DNA of 64,000 bases. It comes from the human T2T-CHM13v2.0 reference genome, Homo sapiens. The stretch lies in NCBI RefSeq assembly GCF_009914755.1, contig NC_060946.1. One strand, written 5' to 3'. Shown here piece by piece: positions 17,030 to 35,070 of the stretch (position 1 is its first letter; each line of letters opens with the position of its first letter). A program made the translations under genes and the position numbers. The notes under the pieces were generated by a model. That model was not told the origin of the DNA. It did not search any database and worked only from the letters and a program-made list of their open reading frames with translations.

Positions 17030-17904
17030 CTCAGAATCTCTCCATCTTTCAGAATATGAAAGTGCTGGCTTAACCACATCTTCACACAGTGGATGTTTTT
17101 ATTATCATTCTTTGCCCCTTTGCAAGGAAAATATGCATGAAAGTGGAGAGAAAAGTCCCCCTTCTCATGAAGTTCACGTGCTTGTAAGGAAAACCAGCCA
17201 ACAGTCATGCTGATAATACCTGATGGATGTTCCAAGGGGGCGTGGTGGCGTTGATAATTTTCTCCCAGTGGTCAGGGAAAGTGTCCTGGATGGCGCAACG
17301 GTTAAGCTTCCATTTGAAGAGCATGGAGGCATTAGCCAGGTGATGGGATGGGGAACAAAGTGTTTCTGGTGGAGGGAATAGCAGGTGCAGAGGCCTAGAG
17401 ACAGGAAAGAAACTGCAAGAAATCCAAGCTCTGGATCTCCAGTTCCCTATTTACCTTCTAGTAATAACATGTCTCTGCCTCCTGCCCCATGAAGGTTTCT
17501 GGGCCTCTTTAATTATTGCCTTTGGCATATGACCTTGAGCATATGACCTGCTGATTAAGTTGGTCAAAGGGAATTAGTAATTTATTTGAGAAGCAATGTC
17601 AACCTGCTTTTTTTCCATTTCAACTTTTTATTTTTAATTTACATTTACATAGAAGTTGCAAAATTAGTACAGAGATTACTAATTGCCTAACCCCAATGAT
17701 AACATTTTACATACCCATAGTGCAGTGATCAAAACCAGGAAATTGACATTGGTACAATACTATTAACTAACTGCAAAACTTTTTTGGATTTCATCAATTT
17801 TTATATTTACTGAATTTTTTTATACAGTTCTATGAAACTTTTAACGCATGTGTAGTTTCATATAACCCACATCACCATCAGGATACAGAATTATTCCGAA
17901 ATAA

Positions 17905-18312
<408 letters not shown>

Positions 18313-19021
18313 TGATTTTTAAGGCAGCATGTTCAAAGTTTTTGATCGTATAATTCTGCTGATTTTTAGAAACTGGGTGATGGCAAAGTGAAAAGTGTTT
18401 TGATGTATTATCTTCAGATTTGACACCAAAATGTACAGCCTTGATATTGAATAAGTCCAGAGCATGTCAATTCTGGCTCATACGATATTCCAGTTGATGG
18501 AAGACTCTTGGGGGGTAAGATTACGATGATGTTGCCACCATTTTGTGAGAATTTCCTGATGTTGGGCTCTGTGCTGTGCTATGTAAGCAAGTTGTCATTT
18601 AATCCTTCCAACAATCCAGGCATTTGAGTTCTATACTTCCTCCCATTTTACAGCTGAGGACCAAAGCTCAGAGAGGGGTGTCACTTGCCCAGTGACACAC
18701 AGCAAGGCAGGGAGAGGCAGAGCTGGGCTCCCACCCACTCTGTCTCACTCCAGATCCTGTGTCCTTTACTTCCTTCTGTATGTTGGCAAGAGCTGAGCCA
18801 TGTGGGCTCAGCCCAAGCCTGTATCTGCCTGCTCTGTGGCCTCCAGCAAATAAATCGCTTACCCTCTGTGGGCCTGAGATCCCTTGGGAGGTCAGAACAA
18901 GGTTCTTTTCAATCCTGAAATTGTTTCTAGACTGTATGAGTTTTCAAGAAATTAGAAACCACTACACAATAACTCAAACAAACAAATCCAAAAACATTCA
19001 GCACAAACATTGTGTTGATGG

Positions 19022-19691
<670 letters not shown>

Positions 19692-20066
19692 GATGGCATC
19701 ACTTGCTATTTTTCAGAGCCAGATCCCAGGGGGCATTTTTGAGCATATTTGAGGCCAGTGCTCTCAATATTAGTTATCAAGGCAGGAAAGCCTGTTACAC
19801 AGCCTTTCAGTACGCACTGCTGCTAAACAGCATTTGGTTGCCCCAGTAATAGAAGGGCAGACATCATCTGAGCCTCTAAGTCACTTCCTGTCTCAAATGG
19901 GAGATGTGGTAGAGGCAGATAGAGTCAGCCAGGCCTCCACAACCTGCTAATTATTATTCTTGTTACTATTATAAAGGCTCTATCATGACCATGTGTTAAG
20001 GAGGTACATGCTGAGCACCCCGCTAAATACCTTTAATTTTTGGTTCTCTCAAAAGTCCTTCCAGCA

Positions 20067-20364
20067 GGCTGGGCTTACAGGTGGCTTATGCCTGTAATCC
20101 CAGTGCTTTGGAGGCCAAGGTGGTGGGATCACTTGAGGCCAGGAATTCAAGACCAGCCTGGGCAACATAATGAGACCCTATATCTACCAAAAATTTAAAA
20201 TTTGAAAATTAGCCAGTGGTGGCGCATGCCTCTAGCCCCAGCTAATTAGGAGGCTGAAGTGGAAGGATCACTTGAGCCCAGGAGTTCGAGGTTACAGTGC
20301 GCTTTGATTGTACCACTGCACTCCAGCCTGTGTGACAGAGAAAGACCTTATCTTAAAAAAAAGA
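20067..20364 (+). mobile_element. AluJ inside a MIR
   Basis: Consensus match; flanking MIR core cccattttacagatg. Confidence 0.85.
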
Positions 20365-20534
20365 AATCCTTTTTTCAGCCCTATGAGCTATATTATTATT
20401 ATCCCCATTTTACAGATGGGGCAGCTGAGGCTCTGGGTGGTAACCGAGTGACACTGGGGATTGAACTCTCATCTGTGGATTGTGCGTCCTCTGCTGGTCT
20501 CCATCCAAACCTGCATATTCTCTCCTCTTGCTAG

Positions 20535-20602
20535 TAAATACTATGAGAAGGAAGCTCTCCTGATGGACCCTGTGGACGGCCCCATCCTTGCATCTTTGTT
20601 GG
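20535..20602 (+). CDS. SGSM1: SGSM1 coding exon, RUN domain (SKYYEKEALLMDPVDGPILASLL)
   Basis: ctcttgctag|T acceptor; G|gtaagt donor; 68 nt; YY..A.L.D RUN motif. Confidence 0.94.
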
Positions 20603-20823
20603 GTAAGTTGTCCTGTGTGCTGAGCTTCATCTAGACCCGTGGTCTTGAGTCTGAGGGGCACCTTCTCCAGGACTCTCTCACCCCTGTCCAGCCTTGCCCA
20701 TGGAAATGCAGCACTGTTCTAGCTGGCTGGAGGGGAGGGTAGTGAGATGGGCGGCCATCTGCTGGTAGACATGCGGGAGGACTTTCCGGGGCAGTGGGTT
20801 TCCAGCCCCCACATGCCCCTCAG

Positions 20824-20969
20824 TGGGGCCCTGTGCCCTAGAGTACACCAAGATGAAGACTGCAGATCACTTCTGGACCGATCCCTCGGCTGACGAACTT
20901 GTCCAGAGGCACCGCATCCACAGCTCCCACGTGCGGCAGGACTCGCCCACCAAGCGTCCTGCCCTCTGT
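20824..20969 (+). CDS. SGSM1: SGSM1 coding exon ([32 protein letters not shown]...RPALC)
   Basis: cccctcag|TG acceptor; TGT|gtgagt donor; 146 nt. Confidence 0.95.
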
Positions 20970-21087
20970 GTGAGTGGGGTGGACAGTGGGGCAGTGGGAG
21001 GGACCTTACATGAGGGCAGGAAGCAGGGTAGGAGCCCTGAAAATCACCCCAGGCCTCATCCCTCTGTCTCCCGTCACTCTCTACCAG

Positions 21088-21219
21088 ATCCAGAAGAGGC
21101 ATTCCAGTGGCAGCATGGATGACCGGCCATCCCTCTCTGCCCGCGACTACGTGGAGTCCCTGCATCAGAACTCCCGTGCCACCCTTCTCTATGGCAAAAA
21201 CAACGTTCTTGTTCAGCCG
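21088..21219 (+). CDS. SGSM1: SGSM1 coding exon ([13 protein letters not shown]...[12 protein letters not shown])
   Basis: ctctaccag|ATC acceptor; CCG|gtgaga donor; 132 nt, phase 0-0. Confidence 0.95.
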
Positions 21220-21305
21220 GTGAGAGGTTATCTTGGGCCTAGATCTTGCACTGAGGGTCTCACTCCAGGTTATAGAGGAAAAGGTCTCTCTGGCTCCAGA
21301 TTGCC

Positions 21306-21665
21306 AATCCATTCATCCATTTATGCACTCACCCATGCACACATCCACCCGCCCAACACTCATTCATCCATCCATCTATATTTACACGCACCCATCCTTA
21401 CATCCATCCATCCACCCATTGTTATATCCATCCATCCACCCATTGTCACAACCATCCATCCATCCACCCATCTTTACATCCATCTATCCAACCATCTTTA
21501 CATTCACCCATCCACCCATCTTTACATTCACCCATCCACCCATCTTTACATCTATCCATCCATCCATCCATCCATCCATCCCTCCATCTATCCATCCATC
21601 CATTTGTCCATTTATTTTCCTGTCCATCTCTTCACTCACCTGCATACCCAGGCTTCTATCCATCT
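21306..21665. repeat. Degenerate (CCAT/TCCA)n simple repeat
   Basis: Direct reading; gives the H/P/S/I-rich spurious ORFs. Confidence 0.93.
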
Positions 21666-22254
21666 GTTCGCTCTTGTTCTCACTTCATTGATTCAGCAAA
21701 CATTTCCATGGACCTGCTATGTGCTAGGTGCATATGGTAGCAAGATCTTCATTCTCATGGCCAATATTTCTTGATGCTTCCTATGTGTCAGGCACTGTGC
21801 AAAATGTTTTCAACTGTATTAACTCTTAAACCTCCCAACGACCCTTTGAGGCAGGTACTGTTATTGCGGGCCTCAGTATTATCAGATGGTAATACTGAGG
21901 GCTGTACAGGTGAAGGCGCCAAGACAGTTATGATTTGAATTCAGGCCAGCTGGTGCCATAGTCAGTGCCATCACTCAGTCACCTTCTCTGCCCCATCACA
22001 TGGCTAGGCTGCAGGGATGGGTGGTAGGTGAGGCATATGCAGTTCCTGCCTTCATGCAGTGTCTCCTTTCGCTGTCCCCTCACCAGGGCCATTTGGTTGC
22101 ATGGTCATTGTGGTGTTTGGCCTCAGCGGGAGGAAGCAAAGGGAAAACCATCAGCCACTCCATCTCTGCAATCACAGTTTTAATCACTGACTGACTTTGA
22201 GCCAGTCACTTTTCCCTCTGAGCCTCCGTATCTGCATCACAATGGGTACAAAAC

Positions 22255-24568
<2,314 letters not shown>

Positions 24569-25255
24569 ACTGCTCCTCCCTTGGGGTTATAGGTGCGTGT
24601 GGTTAAATCAAGACAGTGCGTGTGAAGGCTGAGCCGTGATTGGGACACACTTGGTGCTCAGTAAATGTTAGGGTGAATTTGATGGAGGGGTGGTGACATC
24701 ACCCTCCCCACACACCCACCTGGAATAAAACAAAGCCGGTGAGAATTCCTGTAGGTAAATCTAGGGGAGAAAAGGGACCGGCTACTGGGCGGGGAGTGTA
24801 GGGGGGGTTTTTGGGAGGAGGTCTCTGAGTATTGTCTCTAGGAAGGGCCCTAGAGCTCAACTGCCATCTCTTTCTCCCTTAAGCCTAGCCAAGATAAATG
24901 CCTTCTGTTTTGAAAAGCGTGATTTTCAGTGGGGCAGAGCCTCCTTCCTGGCTCTGAAGGAACCTGGGGTCAGGGACCCTGGAGCTCAGGAGGAAGTCAG
25001 AGTGTGAAAGTGATGGGGGTGGGAGGCTTTCACAGCTGGACGATGTAGAACCCATTTGGGAGGCTGGCTGCAAATGGCTTTGCTTAGCATGGCCATCTGG
25101 AAGGAGGCTTTAGAGTCTTCCACATGGCCAGGGCCTTGAAGGGATTAACCCAACCTCTTAGTTCTGATTATGTGTTCTTAAATCAAACGGGCCAGGACCT
25201 ATGTCCACAGCAACTCCAGCACCATGGCCAGACCTGAGTCCTCCTCTCTCTGCAG

Positions 25256-25380
25256 AGGGACGACATGGAGGCTGTGCCAGGGTACCTGTCCCTGCACCAG
25301 ACGGCTGACGTCATGACCTTGAAGTGGACACCCAACCAGCTGATGAACGGGTCTGTGGGGGACCTGGACTATGAGAAGAG
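25256..25380 (+). CDS. SGSM1: SGSM1 coding exon ([32 protein letters not shown]...YEK), Rab-binding PH-like region
   Basis: ctctctgcag|AGG acceptor; AG|gtaggg donor; 125 nt. Confidence 0.94.
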
Positions 25381-26160
25381 GTAGGGCACTGGGTCTGATA
25401 CGTATCCCTTGGGTCCCTCCACTCGCCTTGGCACAAGGAAGTTCCTCCCCGGGGGAGGGGAGGTTTGTATCCCGCCCCTGCTTCTGCCCCCTCCTCTGCC
25501 TGGTTGTTAGGACCACTTGGCTCAGCCTCCCCGCAGCTGTGGCCTCCCAGGAAACTCAAAGGCTTGAGAGGACCTGGAAACCAACTGGAAGAGTCTTAGG
25601 GCATGGAAGTTGGCAATGCCCTGGACAAAACCATCCAGAGGGAGACATCTTTATAGAGATCTCCTAAGCCTGCAAATGGCAAATATTCTTCAGTCTCTGT
25701 CTTCCCTCTCCCATCATTCAATAAAAAGGGAAGGCAGGAGGTGTTAGCGAGCATCTGGTCCAGGGCTGCATCTGCCATGAAATCTTGTGATTTATAAGAC
25801 CCAGCAAAGGCTTTCGAGTCACACTTGAAAGAAATGCTGGGACAGGGGATTTCCTGCTGCAATGCCTGGGTTCCAGCCCAATTAGGGAAGACTTTAGGAG
25901 GAACAAAGAAAGCCATGGTGCAGAGGTGTGGCTGGTTCAAATATTTTAGCTTGAGGAGGCTTGGCTGCTGGTGGGGAGGAGAAGCAGTGGTTTTTCCTGC
26001 TCCAAGTCCACATCGAATCTTATTTTACATTTTATTGCTTTCCTAAAAAAACTTTCTACAATGAAGAATTTTTAACCTAAAGATAGACAGAACTCAGGTA
26101 CCCATCGCCCTGCCCTCGTGGCCATGAACCCATCCCCTTCTCCCCAATAATATTATTCTG

Positions 26161-27787
<1,627 letters not shown>

Positions 27788-28626
27788 ACCCAGAGTCTAG
27801 AGTTTCTAATCAGGCGACCATCATGGAAGAATAGGGGAGGGGTCCCAGGGGTGCTCTGGGTCTCTTTATCTTAAACCTTGGTCTAAAGCCTTCTTTGACC
27901 TCCCTGCTGAGTCCAGATCACACAAGCCCTGAATCTCCATTGTAGCATTTAGAAGATTGTAGTCACACAGTCCATCTGTGCCTGTGTACCTACCATCTTG
28001 CCCTCGAGAGCTCAGTGCCTTAAAGGCAAGGGTCCCGTCTTGTTCGCTTCTTATCCCCAGCACCTGCCACAGGTTGTAGTACATAGTAGGTGCTCAGATC
28101 ATCTTTGTGAAATGAAGCAGGGAAGTCAGGACCTGGATTCATTCACTGGATGTTTACTGAGCCCCTACTCTGTGCCAGCCACTGTGCTAGATGCAAGGGA
28201 GACAGATGCAAGGAAAGGAGGGGAAAATCTTTACCTTCTCAGAGCTTACATTCTACTGGAAGACAATGAATGAGCAAGGAGATGGATGGACATACGCTAT
28301 GGAACCAAGCCTTTGCTCCACTGTCACCTTGCTGGGTGACCTGGGGTATGTCACTCCACCTCAATGAGCCTCAGGGTTCCCTTTTTATCAAGTGGGGGAG
28401 TAGGACGAGATATGGTCTCCTTAGAACTCAAGGCATTCCCAGGGGTCTGCAGGGGCTTCTCAAACACTGAAGCGTCTTGCACCCAACGTCAAAGCTTTCA
28501 CAGCGCGAGGACCCTGTTTGTTGCTTGGACTTGAGCCCAGGGTTGTGTGGGCCAGAAACCTGATGCTAATGTTTTGGGAAAAGCATTGGATCCGAGGATT
28601 GCCAAGCCCCGCCCCAGCGCAGATAA

Positions 28627-29657
<1,031 letters not shown>

Positions 29658-29749
29658 TAAAGAGAAAATGTCACGAAAAAGCTAGATATTGGGGTTCTGA
29701 AGTCAGGCTGGACTTGCCTCCGATCTCAGCCCTACTGTGTGGAGCAGCA

Positions 29750-30390
29750 GTGGAACCCTCCTACCCTGCTGGTGGACAACCAATTTACAGACCAACTTGG
29801 CAGTTTCTTGTAACATCCCCTTACCTTGTGACCCAGCAATTCTGCTCATAGGGATCTACCCAAGAGAAGTGAAAACTTAGCCCACACAAAAACTTATACA
29901 CAAATGCTTATAACAGCATTATTCATAATAGCCCAAGACTCCAAGACCGGAAGCAACCCAGATGCCCATCAACTGAAGAACGGATGTAGACATTTGTGGT
30001 CCATCCATGCAACAGAATATTACTTGTCTATAAAAAGAGATAAATCACCAGTGGATATTACAACATGGATGAACCTCAAAAGCCTTATACCACACAAAAG
30101 AAGCCAGCCACGAAGGGTGCATGTTGTAGGATTCCATTTAGATGAAATGTCCAGAAAAAGGCACATCTGTGGAGTCAGAAAGCAGATTATTGTTGGTTGC
30201 CTAGGGCTGTGGGTGGGAAGGAAGACTGATCGCAAACAGGCAAGAGGAATCTTTTGGGGGTGGTAAAAATGTTCTAACACTGGCTTGTGATGATGGTTGC
30301 CCAAATCTGTACATTTACTCATCAAACTGTACACTTACAGAGAGTAAATTCTATGGTGTGTAAATTATACCTCAGTAAAGCTGCTAAAAC
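29750..30390 (+). mobile_element. Old L1M 3' end (sense)
   Basis: ORF2 C-terminus-like ITALFIIA...W.IHATEYY...TTWMNLK; ends tatacctcagtaaagctg. Confidence 0.8.
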
Positions 30391-31169
30391 ACGCAAATGA
30401 AAATGAGAAACAGCCCTTGCTCCTTCCTAGCTCTGTGGCCTGAGACAATCAACTACACTTCCTTGAGCCTCAGATTATTTATCTGTAAGATGGGAATGTA
30501 GTCAGGGAACCACTGAATAAGCATATAGGGAGAATTTATGTAACGGAAGTGCATGGAAAACCCTTAGCTGGGAGCCTGGCACCTGGACAGGGCTCTCAGT
30601 CATGAGGGCTGTTGGTGTCATTTTCATGGATCCAAAGAGACTGTGGCCACAGAGCTCCTCCTTGCTGATGGCTGGTGGTAGCTTTGTTCACCGGGCATTC
30701 CAGTGCTCAGCATTCACTATGCACTGTGAACATTGTCTGAGCATCACAGAGAAGTGAACAAAGCAGAACCATTCTGCAGGTGTTCAGCACCTTTGAGGAA
30801 CCAGAGGAGAGGACAGGTGGTTGCAACCCAGCGTGATGGGCACACAGGGCTGTGGGAGCCCAGAGAAGACACCCTGGCTAGACTGGGTATGGGAGGGGCT
30901 CAACAGAGGCTGCTGCCCTTGTGTTCTTGACTGTCCTCGAAGGACATTTACTTCCGTGAAGTCTGGTGAGGCTGATTCTGGTACAGGCCAGGGCAGGAAG
31001 GGCTTTCAAAGAGAAAAGGTCCCCAGCAGTGTGACTTGAGGGTTTCTCTGAGCCTATCCCACTTTTCTCATTTCACAGCTAGGGAAACTGAGGGCCAGAA
31101 ACTGAGGTAGGAACTGGCTAAGGTCTCTGGTGGAAGTGGGATTTGAACGCTGCCTGACCTTGAAGCCTA

Positions 31170-31617
31170 TGTTAGTTTGAGTCCTCCAAGAAGCAGACAC
31201 CAAGACAGGATTGAACCAGCAGAGATTTATTGGGGACACACCTGTGCAGGTTAAGGGAGGGGCAGGAGCAGACAGGGAGAGCCTTCAGACTGCCATGCGG
31301 GGAGGGAGAGAAGGAAGGAAGGAAGGTTGGGCAGAAGGAGTCTGAGACACAGCATGGCTCTAAGAACATTTGGCCAGGTCAGTTGGAAGTCTCCGGTGGA
31401 CCATTGACTGTTAGAGGAGTTCCTTGTCTTGCAGGAATGGGCGGCACTAGTACCCCGGCCTGCTAGGTCCTGGCTGGGAGCAGCCTAACGGAAGCCTGGC
31501 TTTGGTGCAAATGTGGTGATAGATCCAGGGAGTGGCCTCTGAAGTTAATCCGCTCTGCTCCCCTCAGCAAGGTCTTCTGAAGGAGATGTGAGTGGTGCAT
31601 TTCCATGGCCACCACAA
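31170..31617 (-). mobile_element. ERVL LTR16-like element
   Basis: gaagcagacaccaagacaggatt...gatttattggg...catggccaccaca. Confidence 0.55.
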
Positions 31618-31969
31618 AGCCCAAGTTCCTGTGGCCTCCACCTCCCAGTGTGTTCTGATGAGAAAAGCTATTTGTTTCAGGACAGCAGCAAGGTTTTGAG
31701 CTGGAAATGGAAACACTTAAATAATCATAGGGACCACTTCCCAGGTACGCACTTCTTAATGTATCAGCTCTGTGTTGAGCCCTTCAAATACTTGATTCTA
31801 TTTAATTCTCACAGCAACACAATGGGGTGGGTGTTATTCTAGCCCCCATTTTATAGATGAGGAAACTGAGGCTCAGAGAAACCCTCGAGTCACACTGCTG
31901 GGAACCTGTGAAGCTATTGAGAGGCTATCCTGACTCCTGCGCGTGGACACATAGTGGCCTGGAGTTAGG

Positions 31970-32520
31970 ATGTGAGTTAGTCAAGACTCCTAGATGCCAG
32001 TTAGAGAAAACGAAATTCAAGCTGACTTAAGCACTGGCCCACATGAATTGAAAACTCCAGGGGTAGTAGCTTCAGGCATGGATGGATCCAGGGACTTGAA
32101 TGACAGGGACCTGCACTCTTTCCATCTCTTTGCTCTGTCTTCCTGTCTTTTGACACCATTCTCAGGCATAGTCGCTTCCATCTTCAGACTTCTGCCCTTA
32201 CCACTACTCTCCAGACAGGATGGGGCATCTCTTTCCCAGTCATTCAAATGGAAATCTAATAATTGAGTCTCATTGGTTCTGCCAGAGTCAGGAGTCAGTC
32301 CTGCACTGAACACTGTGGCCGGAACAGTGGGACAGGTTGATTGGCCAGGCCTGGGTCAGGTGGCCATTCCTGGAGTCCGAGGGTGGAGAGTGGGTGGGGT
32401 CGACCTCACCTCCCATATGAACTGGGGGTGGGAAGGATGGTAACCTCGGAAAATTGGGGTTCTGAGACCAGAAAAAGGGGAGATAGAGTCTGGGCAGGCT
32501 GGGACACAGATGCTGGGGAC
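31970..32520 (+). mobile_element. Old MLT1 (J/K-like) LTR
   Basis: gcttcaggcatggatggatccaggg motif, shared with the element at 44345-44880. Confidence 0.55.
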
Positions 32521-32630
32521 CTAATGGGAAGGGTGGAGGAGCTCCTGGTTGTGGTCTGCTGGCCTCTGAGCCCCTCCGCACAGTGGGGTAGGCAGAAGTC
32601 CTGCAAGCCTGACCCTCCGTCCGCTTCCAG

Positions 32631-32698
32631 CGTCTACTGGGACTATGCCATGACCATCCGCTTGGAGGAGATTGTCTACCTGCACTGCCACCAGCAAG
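32631..32698 (+). CDS. SGSM1: SGSM1 coding exon (SVYWDYAMTIRLEEIVYLHCHQQ)
   Basis: gcttccag|C acceptor; G|gtaggg donor; 68 nt. Confidence 0.94.
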
Positions 32699-33913
32699 GT
32701 AGGGACTGTGGGGACAGGAGGGGTCTGCGTATTCCTCTTGGATCCCCTGCCTGTCTCCATCCCTGCCTATTCATTAGCATCATGAGCGAATGATATGGTG
32801 GACACCCCATGTTACCTGTGCAACCTTAGGCAAGCGACCTCACCGCTCTGTGCCTCAGTTTCCCCATCTGTAACATGGGAATTATAACAGGACCCTCTCA
32901 TGGGGTAGTTGTGAAGATGAAGTGATGTATGTTAAGGGCTCAGCATGAAATCCACCTATGGCTATGGCGTTAGCTGCTGACACTTACTAAGCAGTGATAA
33001 TGTGCTAAGCACAGTTCTGAGCACTCACATGCCCGTTATTCAGTCATCACAGCCACCCACTGACAGGGTGACATCATTTCCATTTTGGAGGAGAGGAAGC
33101 AGCTTAGTATAAGGGCACACAGTCTGGAAGCTCCAGAGCCGGGACTGGACCCAGCTTTTTGTGACTCTAAAGTCAGTGCTCTGAAGATTGGGATCAATAA
33201 CTGCAGTACTTCTTTAAAGCCAGAAGAAAGTACAGTCAGAGTAAGCAGAGGGCCATCCTGCTTTAGAAAGCAAATGGTCCGTGCCTCACCAAGGAACAAA
33301 ACACGGTGATTTAAGCCTTTTACATGAGACAGACCTGGATTCAGACCCAGACTCTGCCATTGATCAGCTGTGTGACCTTGGAGAAGTTACTTAACCTCTC
33401 TGAGCTTTGGTTTTACTATTTGTAAAATAGGCAATAATAGATAGGACTCTTAGGGATATTGTGAGTATTTCAATAAGACAGTGCCTCTAACATGCTGCGC
33501 TTGTATTCAGTAAGTGCTCAATACACGCTAGCCAGAGTCAGCTACTGCCCCGAGACAGGGGAAGTCTGAAGGCCTCCATACAAAAATAGGTCAGGTAGAC
33601 TTGTAAAGGATTCCTGAGGAGCGTAGGGTTCTAGGGGGCGTCTTTTTCCTCTGGTGGTTAATGTCAGGGAGGTCAACTCGGTTCTTCTTGACTTTGTCCT
33701 GTAGTCCCGTCAGAGGTGGATGGTGGATGAGATGAGAGAGACTCAGGGGAGGTAAAAACTGCTCCTGACCTTTGCCCAGGACTTTCCCAGAGCCTCAGAG
33801 CAGGATCCCTGGGTCTGGCTTGGCACCCCTGGGGGATGTGCTTGCAGGAAGGGGCTGTCACCGTGCCTCATAGTGACTTCCACTGGGTCTTCTCTGGCTG
33901 GTGGTGGCGGCAG

Positions 33914-34077
33914 TTGACAGCGGCGGGACAGTGGTATTGGTCAGCCAGGACGGGATCCAGAGGCCGCCCTTCCGCTTCCCCAAGGGCGGGCACCTCCTGC
34001 AGTTCCTCTCGTGCCTGGAGAATGGGCTGCTCCCACATGGGCAGTTGGACCCGCCACTGTGGTCCCAGAGGGGTAAG
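33914..34077 (+). CDS. SGSM1: SGSM1 coding exon ([55 protein letters not shown])
   Basis: ggcggcag|TT acceptor; AAG|gtgagt donor; 164 nt. Confidence 0.93.
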
Positions 34078-34260
34078 GTGAGTGATCATCGGGACCCAGG
34101 GAGGCTGGGGTGGAGGCTGGTCACAGAGGGTGGTTGTTTTTGCCTGTGTGCCCTTATGTGGCTATGTGGCCTCATGCGCTCTCCACTGATACCCTCAGAC
34201 TAAGCAAGTTGTGGGGACAGATGTGTCCCAAGGACCTTGTTTTGGGACATGTTTTTGCAG

Positions 34261-34393
34261 GGCAAAGTGTTTCCTAAACTGCGCAAGCGAAGCCCTCAGG
34301 GTTCTGCCGAGTCCACATCTTCAGACAAAGATGATGATGAGGCCACGGATTATGTGTTCAGGATCATCTACCCTGGCATGCAGTCGGAATTCG
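34261..34393 (+). CDS. SGSM1: SGSM1 coding exon (GKVFPKLRKRSPQG...DYVFRIIYPGMQSEF)
   Basis: tttttgcag|GGC acceptor; G|gtgagc donor; 133 nt. Confidence 0.95.
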
Positions 34394-34762
34394 GTGAGCT
34401 GCCCTGTCCCGGGCCCCGGGGAGTCACCTGCTAACTGATCCTGAAAATGACTCCAGGTGTTTGAAACTAGAAGATGACAGGTCTGGATTCTGGGGCTAAC
34501 AGGAGGATCTGGAAACAGAAAGTCGGTTTCTTGGCAGCCTCAGTTTCCCCCCAAATAAGAACAATAACCACCCTCTACTTGTCTAATAAAGTTGCCACTA
34601 GGAGAGGTGGCCTGGGGTAGTGGCAATGGCATAGGCTCTGGAATCCTGGCTGAACTTGGGCAAGTCATCTCAGCCCTCTGTGCCTCAGTTTCCTCATCTG
34701 TAAAATGGGCATGTTCATAGCACCAGTTTCATAGTCATTCTGGGGATTAAACGAGGTAAGGC

Positions 34763-35070
34763 GGCCGGGCATGGTGGCTCATACCCGTAATCCTGGCACT
34801 TTGAGAGGCCGAAATTTGGGAGGGAGCACTTTGGATTGCCTGAGCCCAGGAGTTTAAGACCAGCCTGGGCAACATGGCGAAACCCTGTCTCTACAAAAAA
34901 TACAAAAATTAGCCAGGTGTGGTGGCATGCATCTGTGGTCCCAGCTATTTGGGAGGCTGAGGTGGGAGGATCACCTGAGCCTGGGGAGGTCGAGGCTGCA
35001 GTAAGCCGTGATTATGTCATTGCACTACAGCCTGGGCAACAAAGTGAAGGCCTGTCTCAAAATAAATGCA
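34763..35070 (+). mobile_element. AluJ inside a MIR
   Basis: Consensus match. Confidence 0.85.

Noticed and set aside
20719-21312. 197-aa minus-strand ORF
   Set aside because: Antisense shadow of two GC-rich SGSM1 exons; no independent gene signals
20974-21774. 266-aa ORF, the longest in the track
   Set aside because: It is the 132-nt SGSM1 exon plus intron read-through into a stop-free (CCAT)n repeat, not a separate gene
24787-24820. G-quadruplex-like G-runs (also 8805-8822, 16970-16990)
   Set aside because: Common in GC-rich human introns, with no context pointing to function
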